Assembly (NCBI GenBank): GCA_965207735.1
Contig: OZ242296.1
Coordinates: 2,080,001-2,144,000, forward strand
Reading direction: 5' to 3'
DNA length: 64,000 nt
From: Candidatus Versatilivorator sp.
Lineage (GTDB): Bacteria; Acidobacteriota; Terriglobia; Versatilivoradales; Versatilivoraceae
Below the pieces are notes generated by a model. It had not been told where the DNA came from. It did not search any database and saw only the letters and a list, made by a program, of their open reading frames with translations. Positions 1-9,544 of the stretch are shown here, one piece after another. Both the position numbers and the translations under genes were made by a program. The number at the start of each line of letters is the position of its first letter. Position 1 is the stretch's first letter.

Positions 1-335
1 AGGCGCAGGTAGTCATAGATTTCGGTGACGGTTCCCACCGTGGAGCGGGGGTTGCGCAGGCTGTTCTTCTGCTTGATGGCAATGGCGGGCGAGATCCCCG
101 ACACCTCCTCCACGTCCGGTTTCTGGATGCGCTCCAGAAACTGGCGGGCGTAGGCCGAGAGCGACTCCACGTAACGCCGCTGCCCCTCGGCATAAATGGT
201 GTCGAAGGCCAGGCTGGACTTTCCCGATCCGCTGACTCCGGTGATCACCGTCAGACTCTCGTGCGGAATCCGGCAGTCCACGTTTCTGAGATTGTGTACC
301 TTGGCGCCTCGAACTTGAAGAACTTCCCGGTCCAT
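1..335 (-). CDS. uvrA: Excinuclease ABC subunit A, N-terminal part (runs off the window edge)
   Basis: Manual translation of the reverse strand from ATG at 335: [67 protein letters not shown]...[18 protein letters not shown], the UvrA N-terminal signature with Walker A. Absent from the ORF track because it is open at the edge. Confidence 0.97.
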   Translation of the reverse strand, partial: MDREVLQVRGAKVHNLRNVDCRIPHESLTVITGVSGSGKSSLAFDTIYAEGQRRYVESLSAYARQFLERIQKPDVEEVSGISPAIAIKQKNSLRNPRSTVGTVTEIYDYLR

Positions 336-481
336 GGGATGGAGAGATTGAATGGGAAAAGATGGTCAGGGGGCCACGGTGAACGGTGGCGGGATGAGCC
401 GAACAGTTCAGTATAGAGGAGGCCCCGGAAAGTTGTCAAAAAGGCGGGAGCCTGCGGGCTGTGCCGTTGTCTTGCCGACTC

Positions 482-929
482 TCACTTTCGGGGCGCCGCG
501 TTGGCCCCCCTCCGGATCGACGGCGGGCGGAGCCCTGTGGTAGTCACTCTCGGGGCGCCGAGCTTGCCCCCCTCCGGATCGACGGCGGGCTGCGCCCTTG
601 TCTCTCCGACTCCCCCTCAAGGGGGGAGTGATACTTGTGGCCTGTAGAGGGCTTATTGCCCCATTCCTGGGCAGGATGTAAACCATGTTCCCGGTCTAAT
701 GTATAAACTCCGCTCCCTCTTCAGAACACGGGTATCACTCCCCCCTTGAGGGGGAGTCGCAGAAGTCGAGCCGAATGGCGAAGGCTGATGCGGTGGGGGG
801 TTCGCACAAGGCGAGCCAAAGGCGAGATCTTGTGCGCCGTAGCGGTAACCGCCGGCGTGTGTCGGTTGCGGTGAGGGAGTCGCAGAAGTCGAGCCGAATG
901 GCGAAGGCTGATGCGGTGGGGGGTTCGCA
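482..929. repeat. Composite intergenic REP-like repeat cluster
   Basis: ~47-bp direct repeat (482-528 / 544-590, core cccctccggatcgacggcgggc). Perfect 27-bp inverted repeat gactccccctcaaggggggagtgatac (608-634) / its reverse complement (732-758), each itself a hairpin. ~55-bp direct repeat gggagtcgcagaagtcgagccgaatggcgaaggctgatgcggtggggggttcgca (752-807 / 875-929). Confidence 0.85.
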
Positions 930-984
930 GGGCTCACAAAACCCCGGCTAAATCCGGGTCAATACTCCGGAGGCGTGTATCATA

Positions 985-1725
985 GTGAATCACATGGAGA
1001 CGCCCTTCCTTGCCATTGTCATCCCCGCCTACAACGAAGCGGAACGCATTGAGCAGACCCTGGAGACAGTGCGCGACTATCTCCGGAGCCAGCCCCTGCG
1101 GGCGGAAGTGCTGGTAGTCAACGACGGCTCCCGGGACCGGACGGGGACCCTGGTGGCTGCCTGCGCCCGGGATTGGCCCGACCTCCGCCTGGTGGACAAC
1201 CCCCGAAACCTGGGCAAGGGATTCAGCGTCAGAAACGGCGTCCTGGAAGCCAGGGGACAGGTGGTGTTGATCAGCGACGCCGACCTGTCCGCACCCATCG
1301 AGGAAATGTCCAAGCTGCTGGACCCCATTGTCCGGGGGGAGCGGGATCTCACTCTCGGTTCCAGGGCTCTGGACCGTTCCCTCATCGGCGTTCACCAGTC
1401 GGCCTTCCGGGAGTACGCCGGGCGCCTCTTCAACGGTCTGGTACAACTCCTGACCGGCCTGCCCTTTCGGGACACTCAGTGTGGTTTCAAGGCTTTCCGG
1501 CGAGAACCGATGCTCCCCGTGCTGGCGCGCCAGCGCATCGCCGGGTTCGGATTCGATCCGGAGATCCTTTTCCTGGCCAGGACTCGCGGCCTCAGACTTC
1601 AAGAAATTCCGGTGCGCTGGAACCACACCGAAGGAACCAAGGTTCGCCTGCTGCAGGACGGCTTCAAGATGATTCTGGGCCTGCTCCTGATTCGCTGGAA
1701 CCAGCTCACCGGGAAATATCGGTGA
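985..1725 (+). CDS. GT2 glycosyltransferase (dolichyl/polyprenyl-phosphate glucosyltransferase-like)
   Basis: IVIPAYNE, VVNDGSRD, NLGKG, DADLS, DTQCGFKAF and GFGFDPEIL motifs. True start may be ATG 994. Confidence 0.92.
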   Translation: MNHMETPFLAIVIPAYNEAERIEQTLETVRDYLRSQPLRAEVLVVNDGSRDRTGTLVAACARDWPDLRLVDNPRNLGKGFSVRNGVLEARGQVVLISDADLSAPIEEMSKLLDPIVRGERDLTLGSRALDRSLIGVHQSAFREYAGRLFNGLVQLLTGLPFRDTQCGFKAFRREPMLPVLARQRIAGFGFDPEILFLARTRGLRLQEIPVRWNHTEGTKVRLLQDGFKMILGLLLIRWNQLTGKYR

Positions 1726-1732
1726 GGGAGGC

Positions 1733-1772
1733 AGTGGAGAGTGGAGAGTGGAGAGTGGGGAGTGGGGAGTGG
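1733..1772 (+). repeat. Heptamer tandem repeat agtgg(a/g)g, about 5.5 copies
   Basis: agtggag x3 then agtgggg x2 directly after the GT2 stop codon. Confidence 0.85.
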
Positions 1773-1780
1773 TTAGCCGG

Positions 1781-1868
1781 GTCGCCGCCCTGGCGGATCA
1801 TACGAGAGTGAAACAATCAGAAATCGATCATCCCTACCTAACCTTGGTATCCCGTTACGGTTCACCTC
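1781..1868 (+). repeat. Dispersed ~90-bp repeat, copy 1 (MITE/REP-like)
   Basis: ggcggatcatacgagagtgaaacaatcagaaatcgatcatccctacctaaccttggtatcccgttacggttcacctc aligns by eye to the reverse complement of 22885-22980. Confidence 0.8.
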
Positions 1869-2027
1869 AATGCCTTAGTGGCCCTTCGTCGTTCTTCGTG
1901 GCCCTTCGTGGATCACTCTTTTTTCTTTTGTTTCAGGTAAGCCGGCGCCGCAGACTGGCGTGCAGATTAATTGGGGAAAGACGGCCGATCCTTAAATGAA
2001 GACGGACCACCACTCGGGAAGTTAGGC

Positions 2028-2033
2028 TATAAT
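2028..2033 (+). promoter_or_regulatory. Putative sigma70 -10 box for the cytochrome c/polA unit
   Basis: Perfect TATAAT ~105 bp upstream of ATG 2138 in a GC-rich genome; no clear -35. Confidence 0.45.
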
Positions 2034-2137
2034 TTCCACAGGAGTCGGAACCCCGCCCGCCGCTTCCCGGCCGGATGGCTGCCTTGTGTCAGGGAGGCGA
2101 GCCCGTTTCTTGAAACAGCCCAGGAGGTCAGGACCCG

Positions 2138-2485
2138 ATGATCTGTCGATTCGGAATACTAGCCGGTTTTCTTGGAATGATGCTGCTGAACGCCCCCCAG
2201 GGGTATGCGGAAGACCCTCCGGACGTCTCGGGAATTTACAAGAAGAACTGCGCCATGTGCCACAAGGCGGACGGCAAGGGTCTTGCCGTCATGAAGACCC
2301 CGGACTTCACCAACAAGGACTGGCAAGCCAGACACACCGACGAGCAGTTGATCGAGGCCATTACCAAGGGATCCGGTGAGGGCAAGATCAAGATGCCCGC
2401 CTTCGGCGAAGGCACCAAGGCCAATTTGAGCCCTGAAACCGTCAAGGCCCTGGTGACCGAGGTCATCCGGAAATTCGCCGAATAG
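2138..2485 (+). CDS. Mono-heme class I cytochrome c (c6/c553-like), exported
   Basis: Signal peptide, CAMCH heme motif, distal KMPAFG Met ligand, AGGAGG RBS. Confidence 0.93.
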   Translation: MICRFGILAGFLGMMLLNAPQGYAEDPPDVSGIYKKNCAMCHKADGKGLAVMKTPDFTNKDWQARHTDEQLIEAITKGSGEGKIKMPAFGEGTKANLSPETVKALVTEVIRKFAE

Positions 2486-2492
2486 CGGCCGG

Positions 2493-5123
2493 TTGGAGGA
2501 AGATCCACCGGTGGCAACCACCTCTCCGTCCCCTGCCCCAACCCCGGCCCGGCGCCTGTTTCTGGTGGACGGCATGTCCCACATCTTTCGGGCCTTCTAT
2601 GCCATCCGCGGCCTGACCGACAGCCAGGGGCATCCCACCAACGCCGTCTATGGATTCGCGGCCATGTTGCGGAAGCTGATCCGTCAGCACCGTCCCGACT
2701 ACCTGGCCGTCATCTTCGACACCGACCAACCCACCTTCCGGCATGAGGCCTTCGAGCAATACAAGGCCAATCGTCCCAGGATGCCTGAAGATCTGGCCTC
2801 CCAGCTCCCGGTGATCCGAGAGTTCTGCCAGGCCATGCGGATTCCCATCCTGCAGAAGGACCGCTTCGAAGCCGACGACATCATCGGAACTCTGGCCAGG
2901 AAGGCCGGCGAAAACCGCTGGGAGACGACCATTGTCTCCAACGACAAGGACATGTTCCAACTGGTGAACGACAAGACGCAGGTGCTTCACCAGTCCAAGA
3001 CCGACACACTCTTCGACGCGGTCAAGGTGGAGGAGTTCTTCGGGGCCGCCCCGGAACAGGTGGTGGACGTGCTGGGGCTCATGGGAGACAGCGTGGACAA
3101 TGTCCCCGGCGCCCCGGGCATCGGGGGGAAGGGCGCCCGCGACCTGGTGCGCCGCTTCGGCAGCCTGGAAGCCCTGCTGGACCAAAGTGGACAGGTCACG
3201 CGCAAGACCTATCGCGAGTCCCTGCGGAACCACCGGGAGCAGATCCTGCAAAGCAAGGAGCTGGTCACCATCGATACCGCGGTGCCCATCGATTTCAGTT
3301 GGGACAACCTGCAGGTTCAGGAACCCGACCTGGACCGACTCCGGCCCCTGCTGGCGCAACTCGGCTTTCAGTCAATGCTGAAGGAATTGGATGGGGGAGC
3401 GTCACCGGCCCGGCCCGAGCCGGCCGAATTCCAGCCCTTGTCCTCCCCTCTCCAGCTTCGGACCCTGCTGGAGCAGGCCCGCTCGGGTTCCTCCTGCACC
3501 TGCTGGCTGGAAACCGACCCGGAGGATTCGCTGTGCCGCAACCCCCGCCGGTTGGCGGTGATGGCGGGGAAATCGGGTTGGACCCTCGACCTGGAAGATG
3601 CGGGCGCCCCGGGCCTGGCGGACCTCAGGGATTTCTGGGAAGATCCGGAAATCGGCAAGGTCTTTTACGACGCCAAGCCGGCCCACCTGGCTTTGAGGCA
3701 TCTCGGCCTGGAGCTGCAGGGTCTTCAGGCAGACGCCATGCTCATCTCCTACCTGCTGCAGCCCAATCGGAGCAACCATGGCTTGAGCGAAATCGCCTTC
3801 GCCCTGCTGGGGGAAGAGGCTCCGGCGGAGGCCGGAGGCCGCTGCGCCACCGTTCAACGGCTCTTTGGGCAGTTGCGGCCCCAACTGAAAACCGAGGAGT
3901 TGGAGCAGGCTTACCGGCAGATCGACCTGCCGCTGGTCGAGGTCCTGGCAGAGCTGGAGTGGAACGGGATTCAGGTCGATGCCGCCGCGCTCCGCAAGAT
4001 GTCGGAGGACTTCGAGCGGACTGCCCGGTCTCTTACAAGCAGGATCTACGAGGTGGCCGGGACCGAGTTCAACTTGAATTCTCCCAAGCAGTTGGGGGAG
4101 ATTCTCTTTGAGAGACTCAACCTGCCCAGGGCTCGAAAACTCAGGAAATCCGGGCAGTATTCCACCTCGGTGGAGGTGCTGGAACATCTGGCCAAGGACT
4201 ACGAAGTGCCACGCCTGATGCTGGAGTACCGTCGGATCGCCAAGCTCAAGTCCGGATACGTGGATGCCCTTCCCCGCCTGGTCGATCCTCGAACTCAGCG
4301 GGTTCATCCCTCCTTCCACCAGACGGTGGCCGCCACCGGCAGACTGTCCTGCAGCAATCCCAACCTGCAGAACATTCCCGTGCGATCGGATATGGGCGCC
4401 CGGATCCGGTCGGCTTTCGTGGCCGGCCAGGGCTGCCGGCTGCTGTCCGCGGACTATTCCCAGATCGAGCTGCGGGTCCTGGCTCATCTTTCGCAGGACG
4501 CGGTGCTGGTGGATGCCTTCCGCAAGAATGAAGACATCCACACCCGGACCGCCAGCGAGGTGTTCGGCATCGACCCCCTGCTGCAGACCGGCGAGATGCG
4601 CCGGCGCGCCAAGACGATCAACTTCGGAATCATTTACGGCCAGACGGCCTTTGGCCTGGCCAGGGAGCTGCAGATCTCCCAGCGCGACGCCCAGGAATTC
4701 ATCCGGCGCTACTTCGAAAGGTATCGAGGCGTCAAGCAGTTCATCGACGAGGTGATCGAGGACACCCGCCAGAGCCGGATGACCCGCACTCTCTTTGGAC
4801 GACACCGGCAGATCCCGGACATCGGCAGCCGCAATCCCGGCCTGCGCCAGTTCGCCGAGAGGACGGCCGTGAATTCACCCATTCAGGGCACCGCCGCCGA
4901 CCTGATAAAGCTGGCCATGATCCGGATTCACCGAGAACTGCGGGAGCGCAAGCTCGAGTCCAGGATGTTGCTGCAAGTCCACGACGAACTGGTGTTCGAG
5001 GTCCCCGATGAGGAGTTGGAGACCCTGCAGGCTCTGGTCAAGGAAGAAATGGAGTCGGTGTATTCGCTTTCGGTACCCCTGGTGGTGGACGTGGCTGTCG
5101 GCCGGAACTGGATGGAAACCTGA
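2493..5123 (+). CDS. polA: DNA polymerase I
   Basis: 5'-3' exonuclease motifs (LVDG..IFRAFYA, EADDIIG, GDSVDNVPG) and polymerase motifs (TGRLSCSNPNLQNIP, ADYSQIELR, AKTINFGIIYG, QVHDELVFE). Start may be GTG 2511. Confidence 0.98.
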   Translation: MEEDPPVATTSPSPAPTPARRLFLVDGMSHIFRAFYAIRGLTDSQGHPTNAVYGFAAMLRKLIRQHRPDYLAVIFDTDQPTFRHEAFEQYKANRPRMPEDLASQLPVIREFCQAMRIPILQKDRFEADDIIGTLARKAGENRWETTIVSNDKDMFQLVNDKTQVLHQSKTDTLFDAVKVEEFFGAAPEQVVDVLGLMGDSVDNVPGAPGIGGKGARDLVRRFGSLEALLDQSGQVTRKTYRESLRNHREQILQSKELVTIDTAVPIDFSWDNLQVQEPDLDRLRPLLAQLGFQSMLKELDGGASPARPEPAEFQPLSSPLQLRTLLEQARSGSSCTCWLETDPEDSLCRNPRRLAVMAGKSGWTLDLEDAGAPGLADLRDFWEDPEIGKVFYDAKPAHLALRHLGLELQGLQADAMLISYLLQPNRSNHGLSEIAFALLGEEAPAEAGGRCATVQRLFGQLRPQLKTEELEQAYRQIDLPLVEVLAELEWNGIQVDAAALRKMSEDFERTARSLTSRIYEVAGTEFNLNSPKQLGEILFERLNLPRARKLRKSGQYSTSVEVLEHLAKDYEVPRLMLEYRRIAKLKSGYVDALPRLVDPRTQRVHPSFHQTVAATGRLSCSNPNLQNIPVRSDMGARIRSAFVAGQGCRLLSADYSQIELRVLAHLSQDAVLVDAFRKNEDIHTRTASEVFGIDPLLQTGEMRRRAKTINFGIIYGQTAFGLARELQISQRDAQEFIRRYFERYRGVKQFIDEVIEDTRQSRMTRTLFGRHRQIPDIGSRNPGLRQFAERTAVNSPIQGTAADLIKLAMIRIHRELRERKLESRMLLQVHDELVFEVPDEELETLQALVKEEMESVYSLSVPLVVDVAVGRNWMET

Positions 5124-5194
5124 ACGCTTCCTCGGGCGCCGGCCGCGGGGAGCCCCGGATCGGCCGCGACGGTTTCATTTGAAAGAGAGGTCTT

Positions 5195-5749
5195 ATGCTG
5201 GACCGGCAATCCGCATTCGAGCTGCTGACGGAGTACACCAGCAACCCCAGTCTCATCAAGCACGCCCTGGCCGTGGAGGCCTGCATGCGGGCCTACGCCG
5301 CCAAGTATGGCGAGGACGTGGAGAAATGGGGAGTCGTGGGCCTGCTGCACGACTTCGACTACCAGAGATTCCCCGACCCTCCCGACCACCCTGAAAAGGG
5401 CGCCCGCATCCTGGAGCAGCGGGGGTATTCCGAGGACGTGATCTACGCCATCAAGTCCCACGCCGCCTGGACCGGCTGCCCCCGGAGCCACCTGGTAGAC
5501 AAGGTGCTGTTCGCCTGTGACGAGCTGTCCGGCTTCATCACGGCGGTGACCCTGGTGCGCCCGGACCGCAAGATCGAGGGGCTCCAGCCGAAATCGGTCA
5601 GAAAGAAGCTGAAGGACAAGGCCTTTGCCCGATCGGTGAGCCGGGAGGACATCCTCACCGGCGCCTCCGACCTGGAGGTGGAGCTGAACGAGCACATCGC
5701 CTTCTGCATTCAAGCCATGACCGGCATTGCAGCCCGGCTGGGGCTATAG
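5195..5749 (+). CDS. HD-domain (HDIG-type) metal-dependent phosphohydrolase
   Basis: KHALAVE, GLLHDFDY, AIKSH, LFACDELSG and KKLKDKAFAR motifs of the conserved HD family. Confidence 0.9.
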   Translation: MLDRQSAFELLTEYTSNPSLIKHALAVEACMRAYAAKYGEDVEKWGVVGLLHDFDYQRFPDPPDHPEKGARILEQRGYSEDVIYAIKSHAAWTGCPRSHLVDKVLFACDELSGFITAVTLVRPDRKIEGLQPKSVRKKLKDKAFARSVSREDILTGASDLEVELNEHIAFCIQAMTGIAARLGL

Positions 5750-5929
5750 TGGGGGCATTTCCACCCCGCTCCGGTTGAGGAACGGACCCAACCGGGTTAG
5801 AATAGCTTGCTGTTCGATTTTCCTCCCTCGATAGTTCTCCCCGACACAAAGACCCCAATGTATTCAGAGCGGTCGCGCTGGTGCGCTTTGCCCGGCCGCG
5901 TTCTGAATCCGGTGGAACCTGCCTCACCC

Positions 5930-6631
5930 ATGGCTTCCAAAAGACGTGTTTCCGAAAAATGGGTCAGCGGTTGGCCGAAGTCGGAGCAACCCCGGCAACG
6001 TCTCCTGACCCGGGGCGCCGATGCCCTCAGCGACGCGGAACTGCTGGCCATCTTCCTGCGGGTCGGGGTCAGAGGGACCAGCGTGCTCGACCTTTCCCGC
6101 CAACTTCTGCAGAGCTTTGGCGGGTTTCGCGGCCTGCTCAAGGCCAGCCAGCAGGAACTGGGCGGAATCAAGGGCCTGGGGGAGGCCAAGGTGGCTACCC
6201 TGAAAGCGCTGGCGGCCGTGACCGTGCGCTACATGGCCGAGGAAATGCAGCGGGGGCCCTTCATCGGTCACTCCCGGGATGTCCAGCGGCTGCTTTGCGG
6301 GAGGTTCCGGGATCGGGACCGGGAGACCTTCGCCGTGGTCTTTCTGGATACCAGGCACCACGTCCTGGCCGTAGAGGAGATGTTTCAGGGCACTCTCAAC
6401 AGCGCCACCGTGTTTCCGCGGGAAATCGTCAGACGAGCCCTGCAGTTGAATGCCGCGGCCATGGTGGCCGTCCACAACCATCCATCGGGCAACCCCTCGC
6501 CCAGCCCGGACGACCGCCAGGTGACCCGCGAGCTGCAGCGGGCCTGCGGCCTGATGGACATCTCCCTGCTGGATCACATCGTCATCGGCGGCAACGACTG
6601 CTTCAGCTTTGCCGAGCACCGCCTGTTGTGA
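5930..6631 (+). CDS. radC: RadC/JAB domain protein
   Basis: PRQRLL..GADALSDAELLAI, HhH GIKGLGEAK, FPREIV, HNHPSGNPSPSPDD and LLDHIVIG. Start placed at ATG 5930 within ORF 5807-6631. Confidence 0.95.
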   Translation: MASKRRVSEKWVSGWPKSEQPRQRLLTRGADALSDAELLAIFLRVGVRGTSVLDLSRQLLQSFGGFRGLLKASQQELGGIKGLGEAKVATLKALAAVTVRYMAEEMQRGPFIGHSRDVQRLLCGRFRDRDRETFAVVFLDTRHHVLAVEEMFQGTLNSATVFPREIVRRALQLNAAAMVAVHNHPSGNPSPSPDDRQVTRELQRACGLMDISLLDHIVIGGNDCFSFAEHRLL

Positions 6632-6711
6632 GGGGGTGGGGAGCCGGCTCTTTCTCCCGCCTCCGGAGCGAGCTATAATGCATGGGACTTCGGAACCGCA
6701 CGGTAAAAACC

Positions 6712-8151
6712 ATGAAACCATTTCAACCCTTTCGGAGGCCGGCTTCCCCCAGGCGCCTTCCGCTACCGATCCTATGGGCCCTTCCGCTGGGGGCTTTTCT
6801 GGTCTGGTGCCTGCTCGCACTCTGGCTGGGCCGCTGGGAGGGGCAGCCGCCCAAGGTGAGTCTGGACCGCGACTTTACCGCCCTCGGCAAGAATCCCTCT
6901 CTGGCGCTCGAGGTTGAAGACGGCCAGACCGGGTTGAAGCAGCTCTCGGCAGTACTGGAGGTAGAAGACCAGTCCTTTCCACTGGTCGACCGTCGCTACC
7001 CGGGACCGTGGCTGTTCTCCTTCCAGAGGAGCGGCGCTCAATCCTCCGCCCGTTTCGACCTGGGCGAGATGATGGCCGCCAGCCACCCGATCCGGGAAGG
7101 CCCCGCCCGATTGTCGATCACCGCCAGCGACCACTCCTACCGCCGGTTCTTCGAGGGCAACCAGGCTCGACTACAGCGGGAATTCACTTTCGACATCCGC
7201 CCCCCCACCCTGGAAGCGCTGTCGACGCAGCATTACATCACCCAAGGGGGCTCGGCCTGTGTTCTCTACCGGGTGGGAGAAGACACCGAGGTCTCCGGGG
7301 TCCGGGTGGGTCCCGACTTCTTTCCCGGATACGCGGCCGACCCCGAGGGAGACAGGCAGATCCGATTCTCTATTTTCGGCTATCGCTACGACCTGGGTCC
7401 CAATCCGGAAATGAAGCTGGTGGCCGTAGACGCGGCCGGGAATCGGTCGGAGGCCCGCTTCCGATACAAGCTCTTTTCCAGAAAGTTCCGGCAGCGAACC
7501 ATCCGACTCAGTTCGGCCTTCCTGCAGCAGGTGGTTCCGGCGATCCTGAATCAGAACCCCCAGCTCTCCAGCCAGGGCGACCTGGTGAAAGACTTCCTCC
7601 AGATCAACGACGGGCTCCGGCAGGCCAACCACGATAAGATCAAGCAGCTGTCGAGCCGGTCCGAGCCGCGGTTTCTCTGGACCGAGGCCTTCGCTCAGCT
7701 CAGCCGATCCAAGGTGGAATCCCTCTTCGCCGATCATCGCACCTACCTCTATGAGGGCCGGGAGATCGACCGCCAGGACCACGTCGGCTTCGACCTGTCG
7801 GTCGTCAAACACTACCCCATCGAAGCCTCCAACGACGGCGTGGTGCGCTACGCGGAGCTGCTGGGCATTTATGGGAACACCATCCTGGTGGACCACGGCT
7901 ACGGGCTGGTCTCCCTCTATGGGCACCTCAGCTCCATCGCCGTAGAGGCCGGCGACCGGGTCAGCAAGGGCCAGGTGCTGGGCCGCAGCGGCGCCACCGG
8001 CCTGGCTGCCGGCGATCATCTTCACTTCGGCCTTTTCCTGCACGGAATCCCCGTCAACCCCACCGAGTGGTGGGACCCCAAATGGATTCGGGAGCGCGTC
8101 CTGGACAGAATCCAGGAGCACAAGGCCGGAAGCACGACTGCCGAGTCTTGA
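6712..8151 (+). CDS. M23 family metallopeptidase, membrane-anchored
   Basis: N-terminal hydrophobic segment, HVGFD, YGNTILVDHG, YGHLS, TGLAAGDHLHF. TATAAT at 6674-6679 is too close to ATG 6682, which favours ATG 6712. Confidence 0.92.
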   Translation: MKPFQPFRRPASPRRLPLPILWALPLGAFLVWCLLALWLGRWEGQPPKVSLDRDFTALGKNPSLALEVEDGQTGLKQLSAVLEVEDQSFPLVDRRYPGPWLFSFQRSGAQSSARFDLGEMMAASHPIREGPARLSITASDHSYRRFFEGNQARLQREFTFDIRPPTLEALSTQHYITQGGSACVLYRVGEDTEVSGVRVGPDFFPGYAADPEGDRQIRFSIFGYRYDLGPNPEMKLVAVDAAGNRSEARFRYKLFSRKFRQRTIRLSSAFLQQVVPAILNQNPQLSSQGDLVKDFLQINDGLRQANHDKIKQLSSRSEPRFLWTEAFAQLSRSKVESLFADHRTYLYEGREIDRQDHVGFDLSVVKHYPIEASNDGVVRYAELLGIYGNTILVDHGYGLVSLYGHLSSIAVEAGDRVSKGQVLGRSGATGLAAGDHLHFGLFLHGIPVNPTEWWDPKWIRERVLDRIQEHKAGSTTAES

Positions 8152-8460
8152 AAGGGACTTAATGGGTTGATGAGTCGTTAATCGGGGGAGCGACAACCGA
8201 TTTCGAGGAGGTTTTCTACGAAGGACACGAAGTGACAACAAAGTAACATAATTGCAGAAGCATTCCGGCGCCGCTTGTCGTTGAAGGAGGTCCGCCTGTC
8301 TTCGTGTCTGTTCGTGTTCATTCGTGGTTCGTCTTTTTAAACGACCCCCTGTTTGTCCTCCGAACGATTCGCCCTCCAGGGAGGGGGCCGGACTTCCCGG
8401 CGTCGCCCCCTCCCGAGATGACACTTCAAACCGCCCAATCCGATCGGAAAGGAACCAACC

Positions 8461-9390
8461 ATGAAGGCGACTCGTGATTTCCTGAAACAGCTCGGTTTCC
8501 CTTCGGGCGACGGCTACGCCCTGCGGAGCACGCCCAAGCGTTTCCCGGACGGGGCGCAGTATCGCTTTGAAATTCCCAGCGTGGAGGGCCCGCGCTGCCT
8601 GAAGGCGGTCATCGAGGAAGCCGAGCGCTACCGGCTCACCATCCACCGGGTCAGCCAGGGCAGCGGGATCATGCTGATGACCGACGACGAGATCAAGGAC
8701 ATGCTGAAGATCGCCCGGGACCGGCAGATGGAGGTGAGCCTGTTCGTGGGACCGCGGGCCACCTTCGATATCGGAGCACAGCCACTGACGGCCGCGGGCA
8801 AGAACATCGGCCTGGGCTTGAGGGGAATGGATCAGGTGGTCTATGCGGTGGAGGACATCAAGCGGGGATGCGATCTGGGGCTGCGAGGCATCCTGGTGGC
8901 CGACCTGGGGCTGTTGTGGCTGGTCAATCAACTGAGACAGTCGGGGCAACTACCCGCCAACCTGGTGGTCAAGATCTCGGTCCAGCTCAGCGCCACCAAT
9001 CCGATAGCCGTCAGGATCCTGGAAGATTTCGGAGGCAACACCTTCAACGTCTCCTCCGACATGCCGCTTCCACTGTTGGCCTCCATCCGGGAAGCGGTCT
9101 CCCTGCCGCTGGACCTCTACGTGGAGACTCCCGACAATTTCGGGGGGTTCGTCCGCCACTTCGAGATCCCTGAATTCATCCGCCTGCTCTCCCCCGTCTA
9201 CGTCAAGCTGGGCCTGCGCAACGCCCCCGACATCTACCCCAGTGGAACCCACATCGATCCCACCGCCATCGCCCTCTCCAGGGAACGCGTCCGCCGGGCC
9301 CGCATCGCGGCCGACCTGATCGAGCGCTACTACCCGGAGGCGGTCATGTCCCAGCCGGGCGCGGCCGACCTGGCCATTCCGGAGGTCTGA
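8461..9390 (+). CDS. Conserved protein usually annotated as U32-family peptidase-like (TIM barrel); function unknown
   Basis: RFPDGAQYRFEIPSVEGP, HRVSQGSG, GGFVRHFE and PVYVKLGLRNAPDIYPSG recalled as a conserved family; AAGGA RBS. Confidence 0.65.
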   Translation: MKATRDFLKQLGFPSGDGYALRSTPKRFPDGAQYRFEIPSVEGPRCLKAVIEEAERYRLTIHRVSQGSGIMLMTDDEIKDMLKIARDRQMEVSLFVGPRATFDIGAQPLTAAGKNIGLGLRGMDQVVYAVEDIKRGCDLGLRGILVADLGLLWLVNQLRQSGQLPANLVVKISVQLSATNPIAVRILEDFGGNTFNVSSDMPLPLLASIREAVSLPLDLYVETPDNFGGFVRHFEIPEFIRLLSPVYVKLGLRNAPDIYPSGTHIDPTAIALSRERVRRARIAADLIERYYPEAVMSQPGAADLAIPEV

Positions 9391-9544
9391 GGACGGAACC
9401 CACGGACGAACTCCAAGCCAGTGTTTCCACGGAGGGCGAGAACTCCATGCCCGATCCCTATAGAACCGACTACCTTCAACCGGCAGTGAAATACTCCTTC
9501 CAACCTGGAGGGAAGCTATTTTAAAGCCCGGGATTGCGATTCAC

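Noticed and set aside
482-929. Possible mini-CRISPR array or small proteins (ORFs 653-937, 408-686)
   Set aside because: Only two copies per repeat, irregular spacing and no cas genes; the ORFs are translations of the repeats.
3430-3930. PolA 3'-5' exonuclease motifs appear degenerate
   Set aside because: Proofreading-deficient Pol I is common in many bacterial lineages; not novel.
5750-5810. Hairpin-rich segment after the HD gene resembling a small RNA or tRNA
   Set aside because: No cloverleaf, T-loop or CCA; at most a simple stem-loop.
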